From Armatimonadota bacterium (GTDB lineage: Bacteria; Armatimonadota; UBA5829; DTLH01), in assembly GCA_038207085.1 (NCBI GenBank), contig JBBRAE010000048.1, positions 1 to 16,747 of the forward strand: a stretch of 16,747 nt of DNA. Direction: 5' to 3'. The first letter of the stretch is position 1. The number at the start of each line of letters is the position of its first letter. A program made the translations under genes and the position numbers. This document shows, in pieces, positions 1 through 6,847 of the stretch. A model generated the notes under the pieces. It was not told where the DNA came from, ran no database searches, and saw only the letters and a program-made list of their open reading frames with translations.

Positions 1-104
1 GCAGTGACCGTTCCCGTCACCGTTCCGTTGGCGGCGAACACCGGAACCATAGTCGTCAGCGCGACGACAACCAGCGCCGCGCAGGTAATCATTCTTAGCT
101 TCAT
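1..104 (-). CDS. N-terminus of a secreted protein that runs off the window edge; probably starts with a carboxypeptidase-regulatory-like beta-sandwich domain
   Basis: Not in the ORF track. ATG at 104-102 with RBS GAGGAG at 115-110. Translates MKLRMITCAALVVVALTTMVPVFA|ANGTVTGTVT: basic n-region, hydrophobic h-region, VFA cleavage site, then GTVTGTVT resembling the domain starts (NISGTVT, GTISGVVS) of the neighbouring 696-aa protein. Confidence 0.85.
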   Translation of the reverse strand, partial: MKLRMITCAALVVVALTTMVPVFAANGTVTGTVT

Positions 105-178
105 CTTGTCTCCTCTAACTCCAGGCCTAGAAATGGTATCCCCTATGACATCCCTCCGGAGGTGAACCCCAAGGGATG

Positions 179-218
179 TTAAAGAAGGCCGGGCGTTTTC
201 CCCTCGTGAAACGCCCGG
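179..218 (-). terminator. Probable intrinsic terminator or stabilising hairpin downstream of the 696-aa gene
   Basis: Perfect 10-bp stem CCGGGCGTTT (189-198) / AAACGCCCGG (209-218), 8 nt after the stop; followed on the minus strand by CCTTCTTT (weak U-tract). Confidence 0.65.
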
Positions 219-226
219 TACATCAG

Positions 227-2317
227 TTACTGCGGATTCTGATTGCTCCAGTAGTCGTCAATGTCGGACAGTCCGCTGCCGTAACCTCTCGGGAATACGA
301 CATTGTCGGTGCCTTCTTTGCGGCAGATGCCGAGAACGGCTATGTAGTGGCCCACATCAACCGCTGTTGGCACTGGATCGTTCATCCATGTGCTCTGACC
401 GCGCATCTTGATCTTGATGTCGCCCGAGCCGTCATTGATGGCGAAATACTCATACGGCCAGTGTGCGATTTCGTCCGGAGTGCCAGTAGTGTTGGGTATT
501 CTGGACGTCACCTTGCCCCAGACTCTCACGAATTTGTCGCGGAGGGTCGGGTTAGCACCCAGCGCCTTGGCCGAGGGGCCAAGCGGTCTGATCTCGGTGC
601 CGGCAACCTGGTCGTTGATGGAAATGATCTGGATCACGTTCCTGGACGCATCGTCGGGATCCGCGATGACCTTACCGGCGAAGGTGATCTTCGTGCCTTC
701 CGGCACGACAATAGTAGACACGTCACCAACAAGCTTGATGGCCTGGCTTCTATCAGCGCTCTCAATGTAGAACGCTTTGTTCCCGCTACCGTCTGCCATG
801 TATCTGCTGACGGCGGCGGTAACAGTCATCGGTGTCATCAACATCACCTGAGTATTGAGAGGCTGAGCTTTCAGATCATTGATCGTAGCGCACAGAGCAA
901 TGCTCGTGTTGCGACTGATTACGATCGATATGTCCGCACTTGGCCACGGATACGCGGTGGAGGCCAGGAAGTCGATCGTATCGTTGCTGTTCACGATCAG
1001 CGTGGATGCAAACGTCGATATCGGCGAAGTGCCTACTCTGTCCGTATAGTCGGGAGGCGTGCCGTAGAACCCGTTCACATCCTTTGTTGCCATTACGCTG
1101 CGGTTCTTCAGAATGTAGATGGGGACGCCACCGCCCTGTATGTTCTGACCCTTGAGCGTCAGGTTGATGTCGACTATGCGCATGTCGGGAGATGTCCAAC
1201 GTACCGTAGGGGCAAATCCGTCCCACGCGTTGCCGCCGCCTATAGAGACAGCATCTGGCTCGATGCGCCACGTGGGCAGAGAAGTGGAACCGTACCACCA
1301 GTTTGACACGACTGCTGCGCCGGTCATATTCTTCCAGACCCATCCGTGACCGTTGTCATCCCTCTTGTCGGTATTCGTGCCAATGCCTGCTCCCCAGCCG
1401 GTCGCCGGGTTCGATGAGAAGAACGTCTGAGCAGCCGTGTAGAGCGTGAACGGAGCAGTAAGAGTCGTTCCGTTCTGGAATCCGGCATGGCCGTAGCTCC
1501 ACTGGCCGTTCGGGTTGGACCCTGTCGAGAAGTCTACCGCTAGATCCCAAGTGCCCAGATGGTGCATCAACGGTACGTCGACCACAACAATCTGGTTGCT
1601 TGCGGCGACAATGCCGGACATGCTGACAGTATCGTATCCGGCCTTCTCGGCCTTGACTGTGTATGTGCCGGCGGCTACCGCCATCGCATAGTTGCCATTG
1701 ACGTCCGTTGTAACGGTGGCAATTGTGCTCAAGCCCTGCTTGGCGCTGACCAAGACCCCCAAGATCGGGGGATTACCTGCAAGGTCGGATGTCACACGAC
1801 CTTTGATAATCGTTCCGCCCAGAGTAATGGGAAGAGGCGTGTTCGTTGCGTCGGTCACACTGACGCTCGGAATGGACTGCGCCGTGTAAGCCAGCGCGCT
1901 TGCGTCGACGGTGTATGTATCCGCCGCAATGGTCAGGCTGTATGTGCCGCCGGCGCCTGAGGTCGTAGTCACACCGCCTGCGGAGACTGTAGCTCCCACA
2001 ATCGGGCCGGAGGTGTCACTAACGACGCCACTGATGGTGCCCAATGGCACCAATGTCACGTCCTTGATTTTAGGGGCATTGGCAACTACATCCTGCGTCT
2101 GAGTAACCCACCCGGCCTTGCTGTAAGTCAGCGTGTAGGTGGGCCCGACCGTAACGTTGAAGCTGTAGTGCCCAGTCGAATCAGTGGAACACGCGTAGTT
2201 CGTAGCATCGGTGCCAGTTGTCGTCACCGAAACGCCGCCCACGACCGGATACGGGGCCTTTGAACTCGTGACCGTTCCCGAAATGTTTGTTGTTGTGCTG
2301 GCATCTTGAATGTGCAC
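227..2317 (-). CDS. Modular cell-surface protein, probably 5'-truncated: three carboxypeptidase-regulatory-like (CarboxypepD_reg-type) repeats, a Trp-rich beta domain and a C-terminal tandem OB-fold-like module
   Basis: 696-aa ORF, Thr/Gly/Ser/Val-rich. Repeats such as GTISGVVSDTSGPIVGATVSAG...TTSGAGGTYSL...TYTVDAS and IKGRVTSD...TTDVNGNYAM...GTYTVKAEKAGY; central WDLAVDFSTGSNPNGQWSYG domain; C-terminal FYIESADRS...VRVWGKVT...FAINDGSG...VFPR. No signal peptide or RBS at GTG 2317, and an in-frame TGA at 2377-2375, so the true N-terminus appears lost. Confidence 0.85.
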   Translation of the reverse strand: MHIQDASTTTNISGTVTSSKAPYPVVGGVSVTTTGTDATNYACSTDSTGHYSFNVTVGPTYTLTYSKAGWVTQTQDVVANAPKIKDVTLVPLGTISGVVSDTSGPIVGATVSAGGVTTTSGAGGTYSLTIAADTYTVDASALAYTAQSIPSVSVTDATNTPLPITLGGTIIKGRVTSDLAGNPPILGVLVSAKQGLSTIATVTTDVNGNYAMAVAAGTYTVKAEKAGYDTVSMSGIVAASNQIVVVDVPLMHHLGTWDLAVDFSTGSNPNGQWSYGHAGFQNGTTLTAPFTLYTAAQTFFSSNPATGWGAGIGTNTDKRDDNGHGWVWKNMTGAAVVSNWWYGSTSLPTWRIEPDAVSIGGGNAWDGFAPTVRWTSPDMRIVDINLTLKGQNIQGGGVPIYILKNRSVMATKDVNGFYGTPPDYTDRVGTSPISTFASTLIVNSNDTIDFLASTAYPWPSADISIVISRNTSIALCATINDLKAQPLNTQVMLMTPMTVTAAVSRYMADGSGNKAFYIESADRSQAIKLVGDVSTIVVPEGTKITFAGKVIADPDDASRNVIQIISINDQVAGTEIRPLGPSAKALGANPTLRDKFVRVWGKVTSRIPNTTGTPDEIAHWPYEYFAINDGSGDIKIKMRGQSTWMNDPVPTAVDVGHYIAVLGICRKEGTDNVVFPRGYGSGLSDIDDYWSNQNPQ

Positions 2318-2433
2318 TCGGGCTCGGCGTGAACATTCAGTCCCAGGCTGTTGTTCCAGAGCCCAGCAGCATGCTCACACTCGGCAGCGGACTCGTCGGT
2401 CTCCTCGGCTTCACCATTCGCAGAAGGAAGTAG
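2317..2433 (+). pseudogene. Orphan 3' end of a PEP-CTERM protein gene
   Basis: Not in the ORF track. Reads LGLGVNIQSQAVVPEPSSMLTLGSGLVGLLGFTIRRRK* (VPEP at 2353-2364, TAG 2431-2433): VPEP motif, transmembrane segment, basic tail. The frame is closed by TGA at 2269-2271 and has no signal peptide. Confidence 0.9.
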
Positions 2434-2470
2434 CCGTCCGACATTCTCGATCCAATCATTCTGTGAGAGT

Positions 2471-2509
2471 AACGCCGGGAAGAGCCGATGACTGCCCTTC
2501 CCGGCGTTT
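2471..2509. terminator. Hairpin terminator between the convergent PEP-CTERM and GH65-like gene ends
   Basis: Perfect 12-bp stem AACGCCGGGAAG (2471-2482) / CTTCCCGGCGTT (2497-2508), between a plus-strand stop (2433) and a minus-strand stop (2528). Confidence 0.75.
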
Positions 2510-2527
2510 GGCGCATAGTGTCAGACC

Positions 2528-2716
2528 CTAAGTCATTTCGATATCCGCACACTGGGCCCGGTGCACCGCCCTGAGATGTGCCGGTCGGCCAAGTGCCCAG
2601 ATCTGCTCGGCTTCAATGCTTTCCCATCCCTGGAGCAGCACCACCGGATGCTTCGCCCAACTCTGTGGGCCGCCAAATCCTAAATGCAATCCGGTCAGAC
2701 CGTAAAGACACGACAA
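2528..2716 (-). pseudogene. C-terminal fragment of a probable GH65-like glycoside hydrolase
   Basis: SCLYGLTGLHLGFGGPQSWAKHPVVLLQGWESIEAEQIWALGRPAHLRAVHRAQCADIEMT* resembles, from memory, the C-terminus of GH65-like proteins (LYGLxGL...W..RPVVLPxGWxxIEVxRxWxRGRPA). The 5' boundary is approximate. Confidence 0.5.
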
Positions 2717-2780
2717 CTGCGTGCCCGCCGGCTTTGCTGCCGCAACCACCGCCCCATCGTGGTCTGGTTGTCCGCAGATT

Positions 2781-2840
2781 GACCATGTGCATATGCTGAT
2801 CAGTATTCCGGCGAAGTATGCCATCTCGCAAGTGATCGGA
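2781..2840 (+). pseudogene. tnpA: 60-bp fragment of an IS200/IS605-family Y1 (HUH) transposase
   Basis: Encodes DHVHMLISIPAKYAISQVIG, matching the IS200 TnpA block DHVHMLxSIPPKYxxSxVxG including the HUH motif; flanking sequence does not continue the similarity. Confidence 0.8.
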
Positions 2841-2911
2841 CACACTTCAGATATTTGTTATCTACCTATCCCAATCCTTGCAGGAAATGGCACAGACTGC
2901 CTAGAAGGAAG

Positions 2912-2939
2912 AGTGCAGAGTGCAAAGTGTATAGTGTCA
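2912..2939 (+). repeat. Degenerate heptamer tandem repeat, 4 units
   Basis: AGTGCAG AGTGCAA AGTGTAT AGTGTCA; shares AGTGCAAAGTGTA with the array at 6322-6349. Confidence 0.7.
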
Positions 2940-3053
2940 TACAGAACGATAGTGAAGGATCTGGTGCATTGAAGCTGGATGCTTCACTTTGTTCAGCATG
3001 ACAATCCGTACCCATCAAGAACTAGTGGGCCAATTGCCATGCATTACGCCATT

Positions 3054-3110
3054 CGGGATTCGGGAATCCCGTCTTAGATTTGGGGTGGCGATTCGGAAAT
3101 CGCCACCCAA
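3054..3110. repeat. Two adjacent related palindromes (REP-like family A)
   Basis: CGGGATTC-GG-GAATCCCG (3054-3071) and GGGTGGCGATT-CGGA-AATCGCCACCC (3083-3108); both centred on GATTCGG(G/A)AATC. 3090-3110 is the exact reverse complement of 6365-6385. Confidence 0.8.
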
Positions 3111-3138
3111 TAATGGCTGATTTCATGCCAAGTGACCC

Positions 3139-3176
3139 ACTAGCCCGCTTTATTCGTGAAGCGAATAAAGCTCTCG
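3139..3176 (+). repeat. 38-bp CTAG-hairpin repeat (family B), copy 1
   Basis: ACTAGCCCGCTTTATTCGTGAAGCGAATAAAGCTCTCG, identical to 10281-10318; contains the 10-bp stem GCTTTATTCG / CGAATAAAGC. Confidence 0.95.
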
Positions 3177-3224
3177 GTCTTTTAACTCAACTATGGCATA
3201 CGTACCCTTCGGAGGCATGGATAG

Positions 3225-6200
3225 ATGGATATCCAAAAGTTCAACAATCCAGACAGTATTCTCAGGCCCGCGCCGTTTTGGGCCATCAATGAGCGCATTA
3301 CACCCGAGGAGACCGCAAGACAGATCAGCGAGATGATCGACGTCGGCCTCTCCGGTGGGTTTTTCCACTCTAGGGCCGGTCTTGTCACCGATTATATGAG
3401 CGACGACTGGTTTGCGGCCATGAATGCGGCAATCAAGGTCGCAAAGGAAAAGGACGGCTACGTCTGGCTCTATGACGAAGACCTGTGGCCGAGCGGGAAC
3501 GCCGGTGGCCAGGTCGCGGGGATGAAGGACGAATACCGCTCGGCAACGCTTGGAGCTACCCTCGTGGCCGCTGGTGAGCCCATCCCTCCCGATACTCAGG
3601 ACGAGGAAATTCGCGCGGTCTATGCCATCGGTAAACGGACCGGGATTTCCCTTGAGAAGTGCGAACAGTTACCGCTCGATCAATTCGACGGCGCACAGGA
3701 CCGCGAACGTCTCGTGCTCAAACGGATATATGGCCCGAAGATCGGCTGGTGGGGTGGGGAGTCCTACGCGAACCTGCTGGACCCCGAGGCAATGCAAAAA
3801 TTCGTCGAGATGACCCACGACCGCTATTTTGAGAAGCTCGGAGATGAGTTTGGCAAACGCGTTCCCGGTATCTTTACCGATGAGCCCCAGATTGCTCAGG
3901 ACTCGACGCATCTGCCGTGGTACGACGGCTTCCCGGTGGCATACGACCAGTGGACCGGTCGCAAGTTCTGGAAAGATCTGCCGTTTCTGTTCTTTGACGG
4001 ACCGGAGGGGCGGAAAATCAGGCTGCTCTTCCACCGAATGGTGCTGAAGCAGTTCACCGAGGCGTACAGCAAGCCGATTTTCCAGTGGTGCGAGGCACAC
4101 GGGCTCGAGCATACCGGACACTACAACGCCGAGGATGACCTCGGTTCCCAGATTCGCAACCACTGCGGGGGCGTAATGGCGCACTATCGCTATCAGCAGG
4201 CACCCGGAATTGACCACCTCTGCAGGCAGAACAATGGGATGCTGCTCACGGTCAAACAAGTCAGCTCGGCGGCAAGGCAGCTTGGACGGACCCGCGTGCT
4301 GGACGAGATATTCGGAGTCTCCCGCCACACCAACACCTTCCAGGACTTCAAGTGGCTCGGCGACTATGACCTCGTGCTCGGGGCGAACTTCTTCGTGCCT
4401 CATCTTACCTGGTATTCCGCGAAGGGCCGCAGGAAGAGAGACTATCCGCCGGTCTGGAACTATCAGCAGACCTACTGGAACGAGCTCAAGCCCTTGAATG
4501 ACTACTTCACCCGGGTAGCCCACGCGCTTACCCTCGGTAAGGCCGCGCCCAATGTCCTGCTGCTTCACCCGATTGAAAGCGCGACGGCTGCACATCGTTG
4601 GGGCTGCGCGACGGCTCCGGCGAGCGACGCACCAAGCCAGGTCGTGCCAAGAGATATTCCAAATGAGGATTTCTATGCCACGGCCAAGCTCGACCAAGAG
4701 TTTAGGCGCATCCTCGATGCCATGCTGAACGCCGGATATGACTGTGACCTTGGCGACGAAGGCTACATCGAGGACCTCGGTTCCGTAGTCGAACAGACGG
4801 TCAGGGTCGGAGAGATGGCCTACGATGTGGTCGTGGTGCCCTATTCCGTCACTTGGAGGCCGTCGACCTATGAATTGCTGAGAGAGTTCGCGACGAACGG
4901 CGGAAGCGTAATCTTCCTTGGGGCCATTCCTACTGAGATTGACTGCGAGCCGGCGGCGGACAAGTGGGTTTCTCTGGCGAGTTCGAAGAGTGCCCGGTGC
5001 CTGCCCTCGACCCTGCATAATATCCAGTCGGCGCTTGACGAGCTGGTTCGGCCCACATTCAAGCTGAGGGACAGAGATGGTCGTCCCGTGCCCGCAACCT
5101 ACCTTCAGCATCGTGAGGATGGCGACGAGGAGATTTTCTTTATAGTCAACTCGGACCGAGGCTCGACGCGTGAGTATGCGTTCACGATCTTTGAGCCAAA
5201 AGGGCGGAAGGTTTACCTTTTGAACGCTCTTGACGGCACTGCTCGCGCGGTTTCGACCAGGAAGGTCGGAGACGGTTTGGTCTACGAGTTCGAGTTGCCT
5301 GCGTGTGGTTCGGCGCTGCTTCTGGTCAGCTCGGATGTGCCTGGGGCGTTGCCAGTTGAGCCGCCGGCCGACCTTTCAAGGGCCGAAACCATGCCCCTTC
5401 CCTCGATCTGGGATTTCCGACGGGCGGACCCGAACGTGCTTGTTATCGACAGGCTCGATGCGTCTCTTGACGGTGGCGAGACGTGGATGGGAGAGGATCT
5501 GGACTACCGGGTCCGTCCCAAGATCGCGGCGCACTTTGGCACATCGGCTGCGCTCGAGTGGCAGCCGTGGGTTGCGGTCAGGAAAGGACTTTTTGACGAC
5601 AAAGGCGGCGAAATCATCCTGCGCTACAGGTTCAACAGCGATGTCGAAAATCCTCACGGCGCGTTTCTGGTGATCGAGGACATGTCCAAGGGTCGCGTGC
5701 GTGTGAATGGCAGGGAGATCGACCTCCACGACGCAGGTTGGCATTGGGACCGAGGCTTCGGTAAGGTCGACATCGCCAGGTTCATCCGCAGTGGGAAGAA
5801 CGTGGTCGATTTCACAGTAAACTATAACTTCCAGACCGAGGTCGAACCCATATACATCGTCGGTGACTTCGGCGCGGCATTGGACGGCCTGTACGCAGGC
5901 AAGATCACTGAGGAGCCCACGCAGCTCAAGAATGGCTCATGGGTCGAGCAGGGGTATCCGTTCTATTCGGGGCGGATGGTATACCGCACGAGCTTCGAGG
6001 GCGAACCGGGCAAGACGACGTTCCTGCGGCTTGCGAATCCGTCGGGGATTCTGTACAAGGTTCGACTGAACGGACGGGACGCGGGAAGTATGCTTTGGCA
6101 GCCGTTTGAGATCGACCTGACGCCGCTTGTCGGCAAGGGCGTGAATGAGCTTGAGATCGAGGTCGTTTCGAGCCTTCAGAACTCCTGGGGTCCGTTGCAC

Positions 6201-6326
6201 GAGCCCACGGGCGATGACAATCAGTGGTGCGGTCCGAACGCCTTTGAGGTCGATTCGCAGCTCAGGCCTGAGTTGAGCCTGTTCGACTATGGACTGCTTG
6301 GGGGAGCTGAGATAGTTGTGAAGTGA
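3225..6326 (+). CDS. GH106-like glycoside hydrolase (alpha-L-rhamnosidase-like family) with C-terminal beta-sandwich/sugar-binding domains; no signal peptide
   Basis: 1033-aa ORF, RBS GGAGG at 3211-3215. Family motifs PFWAIN, GFFHSRAGL, WLYDEDLWPSGNAGG, GIFTDEP, PGIDHL, EIFG, KRDYPP and C-terminal GSWVEQGYPFYSG...NELEIEVVSSLQN. Substrate cannot be determined from sequence. Confidence 0.9.
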   Translation: MDIQKFNNPDSILRPAPFWAINERITPEETARQISEMIDVGLSGGFFHSRAGLVTDYMSDDWFAAMNAAIKVAKEKDGYVWLYDEDLWPSGNAGGQVAGMKDEYRSATLGATLVAAGEPIPPDTQDEEIRAVYAIGKRTGISLEKCEQLPLDQFDGAQDRERLVLKRIYGPKIGWWGGESYANLLDPEAMQKFVEMTHDRYFEKLGDEFGKRVPGIFTDEPQIAQDSTHLPWYDGFPVAYDQWTGRKFWKDLPFLFFDGPEGRKIRLLFHRMVLKQFTEAYSKPIFQWCEAHGLEHTGHYNAEDDLGSQIRNHCGGVMAHYRYQQAPGIDHLCRQNNGMLLTVKQVSSAARQLGRTRVLDEIFGVSRHTNTFQDFKWLGDYDLVLGANFFVPHLTWYSAKGRRKRDYPPVWNYQQTYWNELKPLNDYFTRVAHALTLGKAAPNVLLLHPIESATAAHRWGCATAPASDAPSQVVPRDIPNEDFYATAKLDQEFRRILDAMLNAGYDCDLGDEGYIEDLGSVVEQTVRVGEMAYDVVVVPYSVTWRPSTYELLREFATNGGSVIFLGAIPTEIDCEPAADKWVSLASSKSARCLPSTLHNIQSALDELVRPTFKLRDRDGRPVPATYLQHREDGDEEIFFIVNSDRGSTREYAFTIFEPKGRKVYLLNALDGTARAVSTRKVGDGLVYEFELPACGSALLLVSSDVPGALPVEPPADLSRAETMPLPSIWDFRRADPNVLVIDRLDASLDGGETWMGEDLDYRVRPKIAAHFGTSAALEWQPWVAVRKGLFDDKGGEIILRYRFNSDVENPHGAFLVIEDMSKGRVRVNGREIDLHDAGWHWDRGFGKVDIARFIRSGKNVVDFTVNYNFQTEVEPIYIVGDFGAALDGLYAGKITEEPTQLKNGSWVEQGYPFYSGRMVYRTSFEGEPGKTTFLRLANPSGILYKVRLNGRDAGSMLWQPFEIDLTPLVGKGVNELEIEVVSSLQNSWGPLHEPTGDDNQWCGPNAFEVDSQLRPELSLFDYGLLGGAEIVVK

Positions 6327-6349
6327 GAAGTGCAAAGTGTAAAGCGAGT
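6322..6349 (+). repeat. Degenerate heptamer tandem repeat overlapping the GH106-like stop codon
   Basis: AGTGAGA AGTGCAA AGTGTAA AGCGAGT; same unit type as 2912-2939. Confidence 0.65.
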
Positions 6350-6364
6350 TGAGTGGCGATCAAG

Positions 6365-6385
6365 TTGGGTGGCGATTTCCGAATC
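6365..6385 (-). repeat. Truncated copy of palindrome family A
   Basis: TTGGGTGGCGATTTCCGAATC is a 21/21 reverse complement of 3090-3110; the second arm breaks off at 6385. Confidence 0.9.
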
Positions 6386-6730
6386 ATAGTTGTCGAAAGT
6401 TAGCAGCCCACCACCCACAAATAGTCGTATAAGAGAGCATGATCTCTCTATCCACGTTCAAGTCATTGCCGCCTGCACGGCTTCTTGATAGGCTGGCAGT
6501 CAGCTACAGCGTCAACGCTGATAACATGGTCTTTTGAACCATCCGACACTTACGCAACGTATGCTCGAAGAGCAATATATGAAGCTGACCCGCCGAAGCT
6601 GCGATCACTCCAGCTTCGGCCGGAGGCTTGCCTGCATTGATGCAACAATAGTCACTCTCTCAGCGAAGTTCCTTAATTTTGGAATCAAGGTAAACCACGG
6701 CAACAAGGGCCTGAAGACCCAAGTTAAGTC
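6385..6730 (+). mobile_element. Internally deleted IS4-family remnant (putative left end plus transposase N-terminal fragments)
   Basis: Begins CATAGTTGTCGAAAGTTAG (resembles IS4-family CA-starting ends) exactly where the palindrome is cut. ATG 6439 gives MISLSTFKSLPPARLLDRLAVSYSVNADNMVF*; a shifted frame gives NHPTLTQRMLEEQY...DHSSFGRRLACIDATIVTLSAK, where IDATxxxL resembles the first-Asp motif of IS4 DDE enzymes. No right end found; 3' boundary approximate. Confidence 0.6.
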
Positions 6731-6847
6731 AGTAGTAGACCAACTACATAGTTCACCAATCTGGACAGCTTTGTCCGGTAGCAACTACTACTGATCCAGT
6801 AGGCAGCATGCGAATGTGCGGCCGCAATTATAGGAAAGGGATAATAG

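Noticed and set aside
176..1306. 376-aa plus-strand ORF, and other long antisense ORFs (3669-5111, 8354-9640, 12975-14171, 15662-16339)
   Set aside because: They shadow well-supported genes on the opposite strand and show no recognisable motifs; such ORFs are common in GC-rich DNA.
3054..3176. Hairpin cluster as a CRISPR array or riboswitch
   Set aside because: The hairpins are not identical repeats with regular spacers, no cas gene is present, and I recognise no riboswitch consensus.
3182..3195. TTAACTCAACTATG resembles a gapped reverse complement of the putative IS4 end at 6385
   Set aside because: Only 8 contiguous bases match and a 5-nt gap is needed; not distinguishable from chance.
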